Part shown: positions 44,435-54,748 of the stretch, in pieces
Layout: each line of letters begins with the position of its first letter
How positions within the stretch are numbered: position 1 is the first letter of the stretch
From: Escherichia phage Pollock
Length of the DNA stretch: 64,000 nt
Sequence record: NC_027381.1
Strand: one strand, 5' to 3'
The notes under the pieces: generated by a model
Told to the model about the DNA's origin: nothing
Seen by the model: only the letters and a program-made list of their open reading frames with translations
The model's database searches: none
Position numbers and translations under genes: made by a program

Positions 44435-46810
44435 TTAACTCCTCATAGAATTTAAGTCAGTAGGTAATGTTAAAGCATAATCAACATAATTCTCTATACT
44501 TTCTAAGGTAACAACACCTGGATTTGTACTTAAAGTTCTAGTAAAGAATTCATCTGGCTGTTCAAATAAATTAAAGAATGCAGAGTTAATTAATGCATCT
44601 ATATCAATATTAGGATTTATAGTTCCTAAAGCATCCATAGCATCTTCAATCTCTTCCATCTGCTTCTTATAGTTTTCAGCATTCTTCTGCATCTCTTTAA
44701 CGATATTTTGTAAATCTTGCTGTAGACGCATTTGAGCACCCTTAGCAACTGAAGGTACTAAATTCATTACTTCAGTAGCATAAGGGAGTCCTTTGTTACC
44801 TGTAGTACCATACGATTGATATGCAGATACTGCTCCATAGGTAAGCATTGCAATAGTAGCAATGAACATAATATTTGGACTAACAAACTTAGCTAAAATA
44901 GAAACACCAAAACTAATAGCTAAACCAATAGCTACTTGAGTAGTGATGTATACAGCTACAGCAGCAGCAACAGAAGTACCAGCAGCAGTAGCAGCACTTG
45001 CAGCAGCAGTAATACCAGCAGATAAAGTACCCAATGAATACACAGCAATTACTACAGCAATAGCTATAGTAACTACTTTAAATATTCCAGATTGATACCA
45101 CTTAGCTTTAGTAACTTGATATGAGTTAACTACAATATGTAAGCAGTCATATGTCATCTGAGTACGATGAACAATTTGTTGTGCATCTACAATATTTGCA
45201 CATAAGGGAATAAGAAATCCTTCATTATCTGGGTCAGATAAACTAGCTTCTCCAGTAATATTTACTGAATGCCCTTTGTATATATAGTTGATATGTTCTA
45301 ATCCACATATCTCTACTTCTTCATATTGAGTTTCAGATATCTGTTTTCTGAACAAGATAGTAGAAACATCAGCAGTCATTTCTACTGATGCATTAAGTAT
45401 GTTTACTACATTGATTGTAGCCTTATTACCTACGCTTCTAGTTACAGTACCAATACTGCCAATGCTTCCATTTTTTACAGTAAGGTCTGAATATTGATAT
45501 GCAATGGTAATATCATAAGGGTCTTGTCTTAGGCTTAATCTGTTAACAGGAGGTTTGCTATCAGTGTTAGAAATAGTACCTTCTTCATTAACATTCTCTG
45601 TATACCATTTAATATAATTTTCTTTATCGTTAGGAGATACCTGAGCCAGATATTTAAAGAACTCATGTAAGTAATCTATGGAAGATTCATACTTTGAATT
45701 TAAAGAAATACCCATTACAAAGAATGCATGGTCTATATCTTTAATATCTGGATTCTCATTTAAGGTATCCCCTAAATCTGTAAATCTGAGATTCAATTTA
45801 TTAAGTAGAGTTTTACTGGTTTTGAATTGTTCTGCACTGACATTATTTGGGTCAGTTAAATCTGTATTATTTACTCTTAAAGGTACAACAGGATAATAGG
45901 CAGAATCCCTAACTACATCAGTTAAGATTTTATCCAGTATAGGATAAGTTCCTGAACCAGCTTCATAAATAAAATATTTTTTACGAGATAGAGTACTTAC
46001 AACAACTGTAGTTGTAATAGTGGTTTCAGTCTTATCTTCATTAATAGTTGCCTGTACTGTAGTAACAGTTGAAGTTATTAAACCAAAATTATTATTAATG
46101 GTTTCATCAGTAGTAGTACCTTCTTCATCTCCTTCTTCATATGCTCTGGTTTCTGTAGTTACTTCAGGAGTACCCGGAGTACGTACACGATAAATTACCT
46201 GATAGTATTCAGAACCATAGTTAATATCTGAGAAGGAAACTTGTTCTGTAAAATCAATTTCAGAACCAGTACCCATTGTAATGGTGACTACACCATTATT
46301 ATCAATAGACCAGTCAATGGTAGCTGTAGAAGCTACTCCTGCTGGTGGATTACCCATACCACCATAGTCTGCATCCCAATCATATGTATTAGTCAGATAC
46401 CGTTCTATCCAATAAGATAGGTCAGCTACGTTATAATCTGACATTACAATAGATACTTCTTTTCCTTCATTTAATGAAGAAAGTACAGTCATCAAATCAT
46501 CGTAGTTAGGTACAACATAAAAAATAGAACCATCTGGTAATCCTAATGAATAATAATCTCTACCATATCTATATGCTTGTCTAATCTGAGTACCCATACC
46601 ATTCAAGTATGCTTGGTTTAAAGTACTTCCAATACCACTACCATTCATAACAGCAGTGGTAATAGTTTTCTGTAAAAAGTTTTCAGCATCATCTCCAGCT
46701 AAATTAACTGTAACTGAAGATACTGAAATAATTTTCTTTCTACTAAATAATCCCATATACATTAAAGGGGGCTTTCGCCCCCTCTCCTTAATATGTAACA
46801 CTAACTCCAT
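44435..46810 (-). CDS. Large virion protein with long hydrophobic segment (N4 gp53 position)
   Basis: 791 aa; contains an extended Ala/Val/Ile-rich hydrophobic stretch (VVTIAIAVVIAVYSLG...VAIGLAISFGVSILAKF). Confidence 0.45.
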   Translation of the reverse strand: MELVLHIKERGRKPPLMYMGLFSRKKIISVSSVTVNLAGDDAENFLQKTITTAVMNGSGIGSTLNQAYLNGMGTQIRQAYRYGRDYYSLGLPDGSIFYVVPNYDDLMTVLSSLNEGKEVSIVMSDYNVADLSYWIERYLTNTYDWDADYGGMGNPPAGVASTATIDWSIDNNGVVTITMGTGSEIDFTEQVSFSDINYGSEYYQVIYRVRTPGTPEVTTETRAYEEGDEEGTTTDETINNNFGLITSTVTTVQATINEDKTETTITTTVVVSTLSRKKYFIYEAGSGTYPILDKILTDVVRDSAYYPVVPLRVNNTDLTDPNNVSAEQFKTSKTLLNKLNLRFTDLGDTLNENPDIKDIDHAFFVMGISLNSKYESSIDYLHEFFKYLAQVSPNDKENYIKWYTENVNEEGTISNTDSKPPVNRLSLRQDPYDITIAYQYSDLTVKNGSIGSIGTVTRSVGNKATINVVNILNASVEMTADVSTILFRKQISETQYEEVEICGLEHINYIYKGHSVNITGEASLSDPDNEGFLIPLCANIVDAQQIVHRTQMTYDCLHIVVNSYQVTKAKWYQSGIFKVVTIAIAVVIAVYSLGTLSAGITAAASAATAAGTSVAAAVAVYITTQVAIGLAISFGVSILAKFVSPNIMFIATIAMLTYGAVSAYQSYGTTGNKGLPYATEVMNLVPSVAKGAQMRLQQDLQNIVKEMQKNAENYKKQMEEIEDAMDALGTINPNIDIDALINSAFFNLFEQPDEFFTRTLSTNPGVVTLESIENYVDYALTLPTDLNSMRS

Positions 46811-47432
46811 CCGCTACCTTTTTGGTAAATGCATCAACTGCACTTGTATCAAATCCTGTAGGTAGAGGAGTGCCATCATCAACCGTCTTACGAGTAATCC
46901 AAGTATCAGCAATTATCTTCAGAGCTTTCTGTTCAGCATCTCGTAAGAAACCTTCTTTCTGCTGTTTATATAAAGCTACCTGAGCACCAATAATTCCTGT
47001 TACTGAAGTACCATCAACTGTATCAGATATTTGAGCTATCTCAGTTTTAACCTTTTGAGCAATAAGGTCAGCATTAAGCTGTTGAAGTTCAATTTGTTTA
47101 TCTAACAATTGAAGTTCTTTATCTGCTTTCTCAAGTTCTTTATCTGCTAATTCAATTTGTTTATTAGCCAGATTAATTTGAGATTCAACTAAAAGGTTAT
47201 TGAGATAGGTCTTATCCTTTTCAATAAGAAAAGTGACAGCTTGAGCTAGTACTGCTGTTAACTGGCCTAAATATACTTCTGCATATTGAGTACCAGTAAT
47301 TCTGTCTTTATCCCACTGGTTATCTAGATGAGCATTGGCTGCTGACATCAACTCATCAAAGATACCAGAACCACCAACTACCTTAGTAGTTAGGTCTTCA
47401 TTTGTAATTGGATTGATAACAACAGCCATCAT
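46788..47432 (-). CDS. Virion structural protein with coiled-coil region (N4 gp54 position)
   Basis: Heptad-like repeat region LANKQIELADKELEKADKELQLLDKQIELQQ. Confidence 0.45.
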   Translation of the reverse strand: MMAVVINPITNEDLTTKVVGGSGIFDELMSAANAHLDNQWDKDRITGTQYAEVYLGQLTAVLAQAVTFLIEKDKTYLNNLLVESQINLANKQIELADKELEKADKELQLLDKQIELQQLNADLIAQKVKTEIAQISDTVDGTSVTGIIGAQVALYKQQKEGFLRDAEQKALKIIADTWITRKTVDDGTPLPTGFDTSAVDAFTKKVADGVSVTY

Positions 47433-47439
47433 CTATTCC

Positions 47440-47991
47440 TTAGTCAATAGACTTAGCAGCAGCTTGTTTAGCTTTAAGGTCAGCAAGCTCTTGTGCAGTC
47501 AGTTGAGGGAGTACCTGAATGCTGTATGCATTGGCTTGGATGTTCTGTTGAGTATCACCTTTAGGACCTTTAATGGTTTTAATAGATGAATACTTACGGT
47601 CTCTCAGGAATTTATAAATGATGTTTGGTACATGGTAACCATCTTCATAGAACTCTTCACGATACGGTACAAAGACTTTAACGTTACCTACTACGTCATT
47701 ACCTACAGTAATGATTTCACCATGATAATCAGCTTTAGATGGGTCCATACAGGTAAGACGAATACGTACAAGCTTCATAGCTTCACTATAGGCTTCAGCA
47801 CGTAATTGAGAAGCAGTTTTAGCTTTAGTAATAAACTCAGAATTATCAGCTTCTTCTGTTACATTGGCTTGACCTGACAATTTAGCTTGTACTTTTTCAC
47901 GTAATTTATCTACACCAATATTTGGATGGTAAGAAATACCTAATTGGTCAGCACGTTGTTTCAGTAAATCAAGTTCATTTAATTCGGACAT
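47440..47991 (-). CDS. Virion structural protein (N4 gp55 position)
   Basis: Late-block ORF; position only. Confidence 0.45.
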   Translation of the reverse strand: MSELNELDLLKQRADQLGISYHPNIGVDKLREKVQAKLSGQANVTEEADNSEFITKAKTASQLRAEAYSEAMKLVRIRLTCMDPSKADYHGEIITVGNDVVGNVKVFVPYREEFYEDGYHVPNIIYKFLRDRKYSSIKTIKGPKGDTQQNIQANAYSIQVLPQLTAQELADLKAKQAAAKSID

Positions 47992-48064
47992 AAATATTTT
48001 CCTTTTAACTTTCTGGGTGGAACCAGTTTTATATGGTCTCGGTAAGTTTACCGTATTTTAAGGA

Positions 48065-48092
48065 TAAAAAAAGAGTGGGTTTCCCCACTCTC
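48065..48092 (-). terminator. Rho-independent terminator after the major capsid gene
   Basis: On the minus strand agagtggg-gaaa-cccactct stem-loop followed by TTTTTTT, immediately downstream of the capsid stop. Confidence 0.7.
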
Positions 48093-48107
48093 TTTGCACT
48101 TACTGCA

Positions 48108-49295
48108 TTACATCTGAGCTACAGTTTTGTACAAACCAATCCACTCAGGACGCAGAATCAGAGAACCGTAGTACCACTTGATAGAAGTGAAACCTAATTC
48201 ACCGAATGGGTCAGAGTAAGATGCAGTAGCTTCACCCGGTTTTTTAGTGTAGGTAACAAACTTAACAGTCTTACCATCAGTCTGGAAGCCAATAGTAGTA
48301 AAGGAACCAGAACCAACACACAGCATTGGGAATACGTCATACTTATCATCAGTAGCGTAGTAACCCGGATTGATAGTTACAGAATCACCTGCACCTGCCC
48401 ATTTCATCATCTTAGGTACAACGATGATACGGAAAGAAGCAATAGAACCAATCTCACCTTTTAACAGATTACCTGCATCTGCATAATGCTGTACTGGAAT
48501 GAATGCTGCATTACCAAATGGGTCTTGCATCTTACGTAACATCAGTTCCAGTTCAGAACCAATATACAGAGCACGAGCACCTGGGATAACACGAGTATCA
48601 GTCATTAGAGAACCTTTAATCATCTTCGTCTGAAGAGGACACAGGTTATCGTTTAAAGTGATACCTAACTTAACCAGACCATCATAGGTAACTACGTTAG
48701 GAGAATTACCTTCACCAGTCATTTCACTGTTTTCTGTAGCTGTACCCGGATAGCGGATAACACCAGCACCATTCAACAGGTCAATCTGTAACTGGTCTTC
48801 AGTGATTTCATTAGCACCTTTAACAGCTTCCTGAATCAAATGCATATCCAATTCTTCATCAGAATCGAAATCCATTGATTCTTGGGTCCATTCATAGAAG
48901 AAACCAAATTTCTTAATAGTGCCTTCTAATTGAATACGTGTAAAACCAACACGGTTAACACGACCACCATTCTCAGTCAGAGTTGGTAGTTTACCCGGAA
49001 TAGTACCAATGTCTTTACTAGAGCCGTACAGGTTACCTTTATTATCAGAGGTAGTACCATCAGCATTAATACCTTGGTCATTCATGTTACGGTCATCCAG
49101 TAACGGAACATAATGGTACATCTTAATTTTTTTACCCATATGCTTTGGCATAGCAGTGACATCAGCAAGCTGGCTGAAGTACATTTCTTTTGCTGCATCT
49201 ACCAAAGCCTTCTTATAGTAATAATCCAGACGAATCTGAGGACCAATGGTAGAAGCCTTTGGACTGGAATCAGCTCCGGGGGTATTGTACTGCAT
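48108..49295 (-). CDS. Major capsid protein (N4 gp56 position)
   Basis: 395-aa ORF with highly-expressed codon usage, followed by a strong terminator, preceded by an acidic scaffold-like gene and the portal gene. Confidence 0.6.
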   Translation of the reverse strand: MQYNTPGADSSPKASTIGPQIRLDYYYKKALVDAAKEMYFSQLADVTAMPKHMGKKIKMYHYVPLLDDRNMNDQGINADGTTSDNKGNLYGSSKDIGTIPGKLPTLTENGGRVNRVGFTRIQLEGTIKKFGFFYEWTQESMDFDSDEELDMHLIQEAVKGANEITEDQLQIDLLNGAGVIRYPGTATENSEMTGEGNSPNVVTYDGLVKLGITLNDNLCPLQTKMIKGSLMTDTRVIPGARALYIGSELELMLRKMQDPFGNAAFIPVQHYADAGNLLKGEIGSIASFRIIVVPKMMKWAGAGDSVTINPGYYATDDKYDVFPMLCVGSGSFTTIGFQTDGKTVKFVTYTKKPGEATASYSDPFGELGFTSIKWYYGSLILRPEWIGLYKTVAQM

Positions 49296-49311
49296 AGATT
49301 ATCATCCTATT

Positions 49312-50385
49312 TTAACGAAATTTTAATTTAAACGTTTTTTCAAACTCTTCATCATCCATAGCCAAAGGACTTACTTCTTGCTCTTTAGCTTTGTTTGAAG
49401 GTTTGGTTGGACTTGCAGCTTTACGCTTTGCAGCCCTCTCAGAGTCTTCTTGCGTTGGAATACGAGGTTTAACTTCTACAGGTTGTTTAGGAGTTGCTTT
49501 ATTAAAGGCTCCTTTAGCTGCTAGTTCTTTACCTACATATTCATACGCTTGTAAATCTGAAAGACCACTCAAATTACCCAATGCTCTTTGCTTCGTTATT
49601 TCCGTAGCGATTGTATCAAAGATTCCATTTGCTACATGCTCGTTAATAAGTGGAATAAGAGTTGGTTCATTTGCAAGTGCACGTTTACTATTATCATCCC
49701 ATTCGTCAAGAATGACGGTCATTGTCCGATTGTATGTTGGAGTATGTTCAATACTATCCAACACCATATCTAGATTAACCTGTGCATCTGGAACAGAATA
49801 ATCTCTAGGTGTGTACTTTGGTTCTTCCTGAGTATTTACATCTAGTGGGTCAATCCCACTTTCACGAATAAGTTTACTAATTGCTTCAGGATTCTTCTTA
49901 TCTAAATCTATTAAATAAGAAAGTTTCTGTTCATCTAATAAACCATTATTTTCAAGCATCTTAAGAACTTTCAAAGATGGTTTCAAGGCTTCCATCTTCT
50001 TATTATAGTTTGCTCCTTTTTGCATGAGCTTAATAGCGTCATCAACATTATCAATTTGAATGTCTCGACCATTAGCTTTAAAAGGAGAAAACAGTTTCTT
50101 AAGCTGTTCCTCTGCATTAGTAATTTTTACTTCTTCAGTCTGATTTTCTTCAGACTCTTCAGTAGATTCTGTTTCTTTATTTTCTTCTACTGATTCATCA
50201 GAAGTATTAATTTCTTCTTCAGAAGTATTTTCTTCAGTAGTTAATGCTTCTTCTTCAGTATCTTGTTCCTGAGTATTTTCCTGTTGCTCAAATGAAGATG
50301 CCGACTCGAAAGTCGGCATTGGAGCATTCAGGAAATCAGCATCAGACATACCAAGAATAGATTGTTCAACACTGTTTCCAGACAT
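49312..50385 (-). CDS. Scaffolding-like acidic protein
   Basis: Highly acidic Glu-rich N-terminal half (EEEALTTEENTSEEEINTSDESVEENKETESTEESEEN); directly upstream of the capsid gene. Confidence 0.45.
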   Translation of the reverse strand: MSGNSVEQSILGMSDADFLNAPMPTFESASSFEQQENTQEQDTEEEALTTEENTSEEEINTSDESVEENKETESTEESEENQTEEVKITNAEEQLKKLFSPFKANGRDIQIDNVDDAIKLMQKGANYNKKMEALKPSLKVLKMLENNGLLDEQKLSYLIDLDKKNPEAISKLIRESGIDPLDVNTQEEPKYTPRDYSVPDAQVNLDMVLDSIEHTPTYNRTMTVILDEWDDNSKRALANEPTLIPLINEHVANGIFDTIATEITKQRALGNLSGLSDLQAYEYVGKELAAKGAFNKATPKQPVEVKPRIPTQEDSERAAKRKAASPTKPSNKAKEQEVSPLAMDDEEFEKTFKLKFR

Positions 50386-50391
50386 AAGCTA

Positions 50392-50730
50392 TTACTCCTG
50401 TACTTCTTCTTCTAACAGTTCGACCTGAGTCTCTTCATCTGCTGGCAAGGAATTACGTGCCTGTTCAGCAAACATTTCAGTACGACCTAAGAAGTTACGG
50501 AAATATGCAATAGCTAACATCTGATTGCGAATTTCAGTCTGGGAAACTTCATCCTGCATATTTGGATGAGCCAACAGAGATACAAGACGCTTAGGTTCAT
50601 TCTCAAAGAACTCAGTATCAATTAGACGTTTCCAATCACGGTTCTTAGTGAGACGTGATACAGAATCACCTAAAGCAATCATCTCTTTTTTTTGTTCGAT
50701 AGTAATACGAATTTGTTCAATCTGACTCAT
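50392..50730 (-). CDS. Hypothetical virion-associated protein, 112 aa
   Basis: ORF between the portal and scaffold-like genes. Confidence 0.4.
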   Translation of the reverse strand: MSQIEQIRITIEQKKEMIALGDSVSRLTKNRDWKRLIDTEFFENEPKRLVSLLAHPNMQDEVSQTEIRNQMLAIAYFRNFLGRTEMFAEQARNSLPADEETQVELLEEEVQE

Positions 50731-50753
50731 ACGTGTGTCCTCATAATGAGATA

Positions 50754-52874
50754 TTAAATTTCACTTAATGGCTTACCAGATTTAAGAATGTAATCAACAA
50801 TCTTAGTTTGAGTTTGACTTTCAGCTTGTGCAGAAATCTTCTCAACATCTCTGGCTTGTTTAACCCCAGACTCTTGTTCAATATAATCCAAGTTTTTAAG
50901 GTCTGTATCACTTTGAACATTTTGAGCTTGGGTAGCTTTATACCCTGCATTAGCTCTGTTTTCAATTGCTTTAGATTGCTTCTCAGCGATTTCAGCTTCT
51001 AAAAGTGCAATTTCTAGTTCAGCTTTACGTTGTGCTAATGGGTCAGGTTGTGGCTGATAGGATTCAATTCTTTTAGCTAAGTCAGGCATATTTCTTAAAC
51101 GAGCAATATCACTTAATACCATTTGAGTCATTTCAAAAGGCATACTATTACCCATTGTTTGTAGCATAAATGCCAATTCTTGAGCTTTTTGGTTATCAGC
51201 TTCAGCAGTAGAGATACTTAGTTTAAGGTCAAAATCACCAGCTAATTCATCTCTTCGTACTCTAACAAATTCATCATTAGTAATACGTACTACTTCTTCC
51301 TCAGATAAGAACTCAGCATTCATAGAAACAAACTTACGTCCAATTTCTATAATACCTTGAGCCAATCTACGTAAAATTCCTAATTCACGTTTAGAAGCTG
51401 CATCTAATGCACCACGAATACCAGCAGCAACATCACCTAATGCTTGTGATGCAATACCTTGAGAGAAGGATTTAACACCTGTAAGAGATTCTGCTTCATT
51501 ATTCTGATACTGAATCATTACAGCAGCAGATTGAGGAATCTCAGGGGCTGTATGCATGTAGATACCTTGTCTTGGGTCTACGTTAGCATTGAACTCATAA
51601 TCCTCACCCTTATCAAACTTACGTCTGTTGGTAATATCCAGCATGTCTTTACGAATACCAGTTTGACCGTTAGCACTACGAGCCAAGATATCAATCATTG
51701 CTCTAGTAGTAGCTCCAATAATCTTCTGGTTATCTTCCAGTAATGCACCATCTGGTTCACCATATACAGAACGAGTAACAGGTAAATATGGAACCACAAT
51801 AAATGGAATTTGTTTATCTGGATAAGGATTCTCTTCAAGACGAATCATAGTATTACCTACAAAAGTAGCTACTATAGGTACAGTCTTACCATTACCTGAA
51901 ATATCCCACCAACCCCAATACTCATAAGCTACAAATTTCTTACGAGGTTCATCTTTAAAATTAAAACCAGATGAATCTTCAGTTTCATGGTCAGGGGTAT
52001 TTAAAGGGCTAGTTGAAGATACAGAAATCTTATCCAGATTCTTATATCTACCATCTTTCTCTAAATCGGATTTAGAAGTTTCAAAACTATAGATAACAAA
52101 CTGTGCCTGAGAAATATCACCATTACATGTTGGGTCAATTACTACGTTTTGAGGATTAACTACTTCAACAGTAGGATGGTTTTTAATAACTTTCTCATAC
52201 TCAATTTCTTCAGTACCAGTTTGTACTGCTACATATGCACCATTGTTCTCATATGAGTAATCTACTGAAGCAATAATATCATCAGGAAGATTATGATATT
52301 CATTTGGATTATTAACTTTAAGTTGTAGAGCTTCTTGAATAGCCTGTACTTGGTCTTCATTCTCAGCAGGATAATAAGCATATACAGGTACAGTTTCTTT
52401 AACTGTTTCTGTTTGACTTACCCAACCAACTCTAGCAATAACAGTCCCTTCATTAACAGCAGCACGTACATACTCATCAATGAAACGAACCTTATTTATC
52501 TTTATATTGAATTGGTAATTAAGAACTAACTGGTTTTGAATAGCAGCATCTCTGTCTTCCCATGTAGCAGGAGAAACAGTAAATAATTCATCAGTACTTA
52601 AGAAGGGTTCTGTAAGAGCAGAGTATCTCCACTCAGCTTGCTTACGAATAAGCATAGGTTGAACAGAAGAACGTCCCGGACTTTTCTTTGGTTTGGCTGA
52701 ACCTTCAATCTTTAGGTTATTAAGCCAAGTAGTGATTTGGGACATCTGAGCACTATGAGAGCTATATGCAGCATTATAGTCTGCCCTCAAATCTGAGACT
52801 GTAGGTTCATTTTTCCAGTCTGTTAGATTGCTGGTTTCTTCTGGGTTTACTATACGTAAATCGTCTTTAGACAT
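50754..52874 (-). CDS. Portal protein (N4 gp59 position)
   Basis: 706-aa ORF at the head of the capsid-assembly gene order portal, scaffold, capsid. Confidence 0.55.
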   Translation of the reverse strand: MSKDDLRIVNPEETSNLTDWKNEPTVSDLRADYNAAYSSHSAQMSQITTWLNNLKIEGSAKPKKSPGRSSVQPMLIRKQAEWRYSALTEPFLSTDELFTVSPATWEDRDAAIQNQLVLNYQFNIKINKVRFIDEYVRAAVNEGTVIARVGWVSQTETVKETVPVYAYYPAENEDQVQAIQEALQLKVNNPNEYHNLPDDIIASVDYSYENNGAYVAVQTGTEEIEYEKVIKNHPTVEVVNPQNVVIDPTCNGDISQAQFVIYSFETSKSDLEKDGRYKNLDKISVSSTSPLNTPDHETEDSSGFNFKDEPRKKFVAYEYWGWWDISGNGKTVPIVATFVGNTMIRLEENPYPDKQIPFIVVPYLPVTRSVYGEPDGALLEDNQKIIGATTRAMIDILARSANGQTGIRKDMLDITNRRKFDKGEDYEFNANVDPRQGIYMHTAPEIPQSAAVMIQYQNNEAESLTGVKSFSQGIASQALGDVAAGIRGALDAASKRELGILRRLAQGIIEIGRKFVSMNAEFLSEEEVVRITNDEFVRVRRDELAGDFDLKLSISTAEADNQKAQELAFMLQTMGNSMPFEMTQMVLSDIARLRNMPDLAKRIESYQPQPDPLAQRKAELEIALLEAEIAEKQSKAIENRANAGYKATQAQNVQSDTDLKNLDYIEQESGVKQARDVEKISAQAESQTQTKIVDYILKSGKPLSEI

Positions 52875-53035
52875 TTCAAATATCCTTTAGTTACTTTGCA
52901 AGCAGTATATATGTTTATCCTCTTTCTAAACATACTTTGTCTTCTTGCGTAAGAATTATCTAATATTTCTTTGGATTTCTATTGTATTCTTGACGAACTT
53001 CTAGAGAAGTATTTCTTATTTACTGGAGGATTCTT

Positions 53036-53410
53036 ATGCATGAACCAGTTTCTGGTACAGCTATTACATCAGGACTATGGGCTACTACTCTACTATCCTA
53101 TTGGGCTGGTATACCTTCTGGGGTAATCATTGGTTCTTTTGCAGGTGCAGTTGTCTATGTGTTAACTAACTCTGATGTTCCTATCTTTAAGAGATTAACT
53201 TTTTTCTTAATTTCTTTTCTTGTAGGGATAATAGGAGCAGGATATACAGCTAAAGTTATTGAGGGATTTACTCGTGTATGGACTCAATCAGATGTTCATG
53301 TAGACCACTCTATAGGGGCACTCATAGCAGCAGCACTAGCTATTAAAGTACTATTCAATTTAATAGCTAAAGCTAAGGTTCCCAATGTTTCAGCAGGGGG
53401 AAACCAGTAA
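53036..53410 (+). CDS. Holin-like membrane protein
   Basis: Multiple predicted transmembrane segments; first gene of the plus-strand cassette ending in endolysin and spanins. Confidence 0.45.
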   Translation: MHEPVSGTAITSGLWATTLLSYWAGIPSGVIIGSFAGAVVYVLTNSDVPIFKRLTFFLISFLVGIIGAGYTAKVIEGFTRVWTQSDVHVDHSIGALIAAALAIKVLFNLIAKAKVPNVSAGGNQ

Positions 53411-53700
53411 TGACAATCATAGAGTATTTTGCTTCTTTTTCTCCAATGGAGTTAGTCAATGCATTTGTCTGTATAAGCATTGCTCTAAGATTAATGGTAT
53501 TTAGACAAGGAAATGCCAAACATAAACTAAGTTATTCAATTTTTGCTTATGTTCTTACAGTATCATCTGTTGCAATTGCTATACGTATAATTATGAAGCA
53601 CTATACAAATATTGACCCTTGGGAAGTATTTCTCAACTCGTCAATTTTAATTGGTGTATTTTGTGCTAAAGGTAATGTAGCAAAGTTACTAAGGGTATAA
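53410..53700 (+). CDS. Small membrane protein (holin or antiholin candidate)
   Basis: Hydrophobic segments (FVCISIALRLMVF, LTVSSVAIAIRII, SILIGVFCA); ATGA-coupled between the holin-like gene and the endolysin. Confidence 0.4.
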   Translation: MTIIEYFASFSPMELVNAFVCISIALRLMVFRQGNAKHKLSYSIFAYVLTVSSVAIAIRIIMKHYTNIDPWEVFLNSSILIGVFCAKGNVAKLLRV

Positions 53701-53702
53701 GT

Positions 53703-54203
53703 ATGTCTCGTGATATTTCAAATAATGGATTGAAATTTACTGCTGCTTGGGAACAGTTAAGAACCAAAGCATATAGAGCTACACAAAATGAGAAGTACCT
53801 AACGATAGGGTATGGTCACTACGGTCCTGATGTTAAACCGGGTGACACTATCACTGCTGATGGTGCTTTAAATTTACTGTACAAGGATATGGCTAAAGCT
53901 GTTCGTAAAGCATCAGAATTAGTTCATCCATCTTTTAATCAAGCTCAATTCGATGCCATTGTAGACCTATGTTTTAACGTAGGTATTGGTGTTATCGAAA
54001 AAGATAATGTTCTTGGTGATTTCGATGATGCTGTTCGTTTAGGGGATATTCCCAAAGCCAGAGAAATCATGGGGCAATTTATCTATCAAAATAAAAAACC
54101 ATTATTAGGATTAAAAAGACGAGCAGTAGGACGTATTGCTCTGTTTGATGGTAAGTCTTGGTTAGAAGCAGAAGCTATCGGGAGAGGAGTTAAATCTCTA
54201 TGA
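53703..54203 (+). CDS. Endolysin, GH24 (T4-type lysozyme family)
   Basis: GLKFTAAWEQLRTKAYRATQNEKYLTIGYGH and QAQFDAIVDLCFNVG match lysozyme-family conserved regions (catalytic Glu region, TIGYGH, DALvs.aFN.G). Confidence 0.8.
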   Translation: MSRDISNNGLKFTAAWEQLRTKAYRATQNEKYLTIGYGHYGPDVKPGDTITADGALNLLYKDMAKAVRKASELVHPSFNQAQFDAIVDLCFNVGIGVIEKDNVLGDFDDAVRLGDIPKAREIMGQFIYQNKKPLLGLKRRAVGRIALFDGKSWLEAEAIGRGVKSL

Positions 54204-54748
54204 TAAATAAAACCAAGTTATTAATGCTTGGTTTGACTGCTATAGCTCTCACTTCGGTGGGAGCTTTTTTATCTTGGTATATAGCCAGTAATAAGTATGA
54301 ATATGAAATAGCTATATTAAAGTCAGATTACAGTCTGAAATTAAAAGCTATATCAGATGAAGCAGCATTCAAACTAGGTAATGAAATAGTACGTAATAAC
54401 CAACTACAACAAGAATTGAATGAATTAGATTCTAAATATTATAGAGATTTAGAGTATGAAAAAGAACGTAATAAACAACTTAGCATTGATGTTAGTAATG
54501 GTACTCGTAGGGTGCAATTCGCAGAAACAAGTCTTGCAACCTGTAAGCAATCCAGAAATACAGGAACAATCTCCCCCAGCATGGGTAATGGAACCACCAT
54601 CGAACTCTCTCCAATTGCTGGACAAAACATTCTCAATATCCGAGAAGGAATTATTGCAGACCAAATTAAATTGAGATATTTACAAGATTACATTCGTAAA
54701 GTAGAGGCATCCAGATATGGCAAAACTAACATCCAAACAAAGAAATAA
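54200..54748 (+). CDS. i-spanin (Rz-like)
   Basis: N-terminal transmembrane helix LLMLGLTAIALTSVGAFLSWYIA followed by a charged coiled-coil-like periplasmic domain; directly downstream of the endolysin. Confidence 0.6.
   Translation: MINKTKLLMLGLTAIALTSVGAFLSWYIASNKYEYEIAILKSDYSLKLKAISDEAAFKLGNEIVRNNQLQQELNELDSKYYRDLEYEKERNKQLSIDVSNGTRRVQFAETSLATCKQSRNTGTISPSMGNGTTIELSPIAGQNILNIREGIIADQIKLRYLQDYIRKVEASRYGKTNIQTKK
54456..54674 (+). CDS. o-spanin (Rz1-like lipoprotein) embedded in the Rz frame
   Basis: Fully nested in an alternate frame of the Rz-like gene; signal peptide with lipobox LVGC (MKKNVINNLALMLVMVLVGCNS); Pro-rich mature part. Confidence 0.6.
   Translation: MKKNVINNLALMLVMVLVGCNSQKQVLQPVSNPEIQEQSPPAWVMEPPSNSLQLLDKTFSISEKELLQTKLN

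Noticed and set aside
52875-53035. Possible sigma-70-like promoter (TTGACG ... TATTTC) in the divergent region upstream of the lysis cassette
   Set aside because: The -10 element is poor and the spacing uncertain; AT-rich intergenic DNA gives many such near-matches, so not called as a feature.
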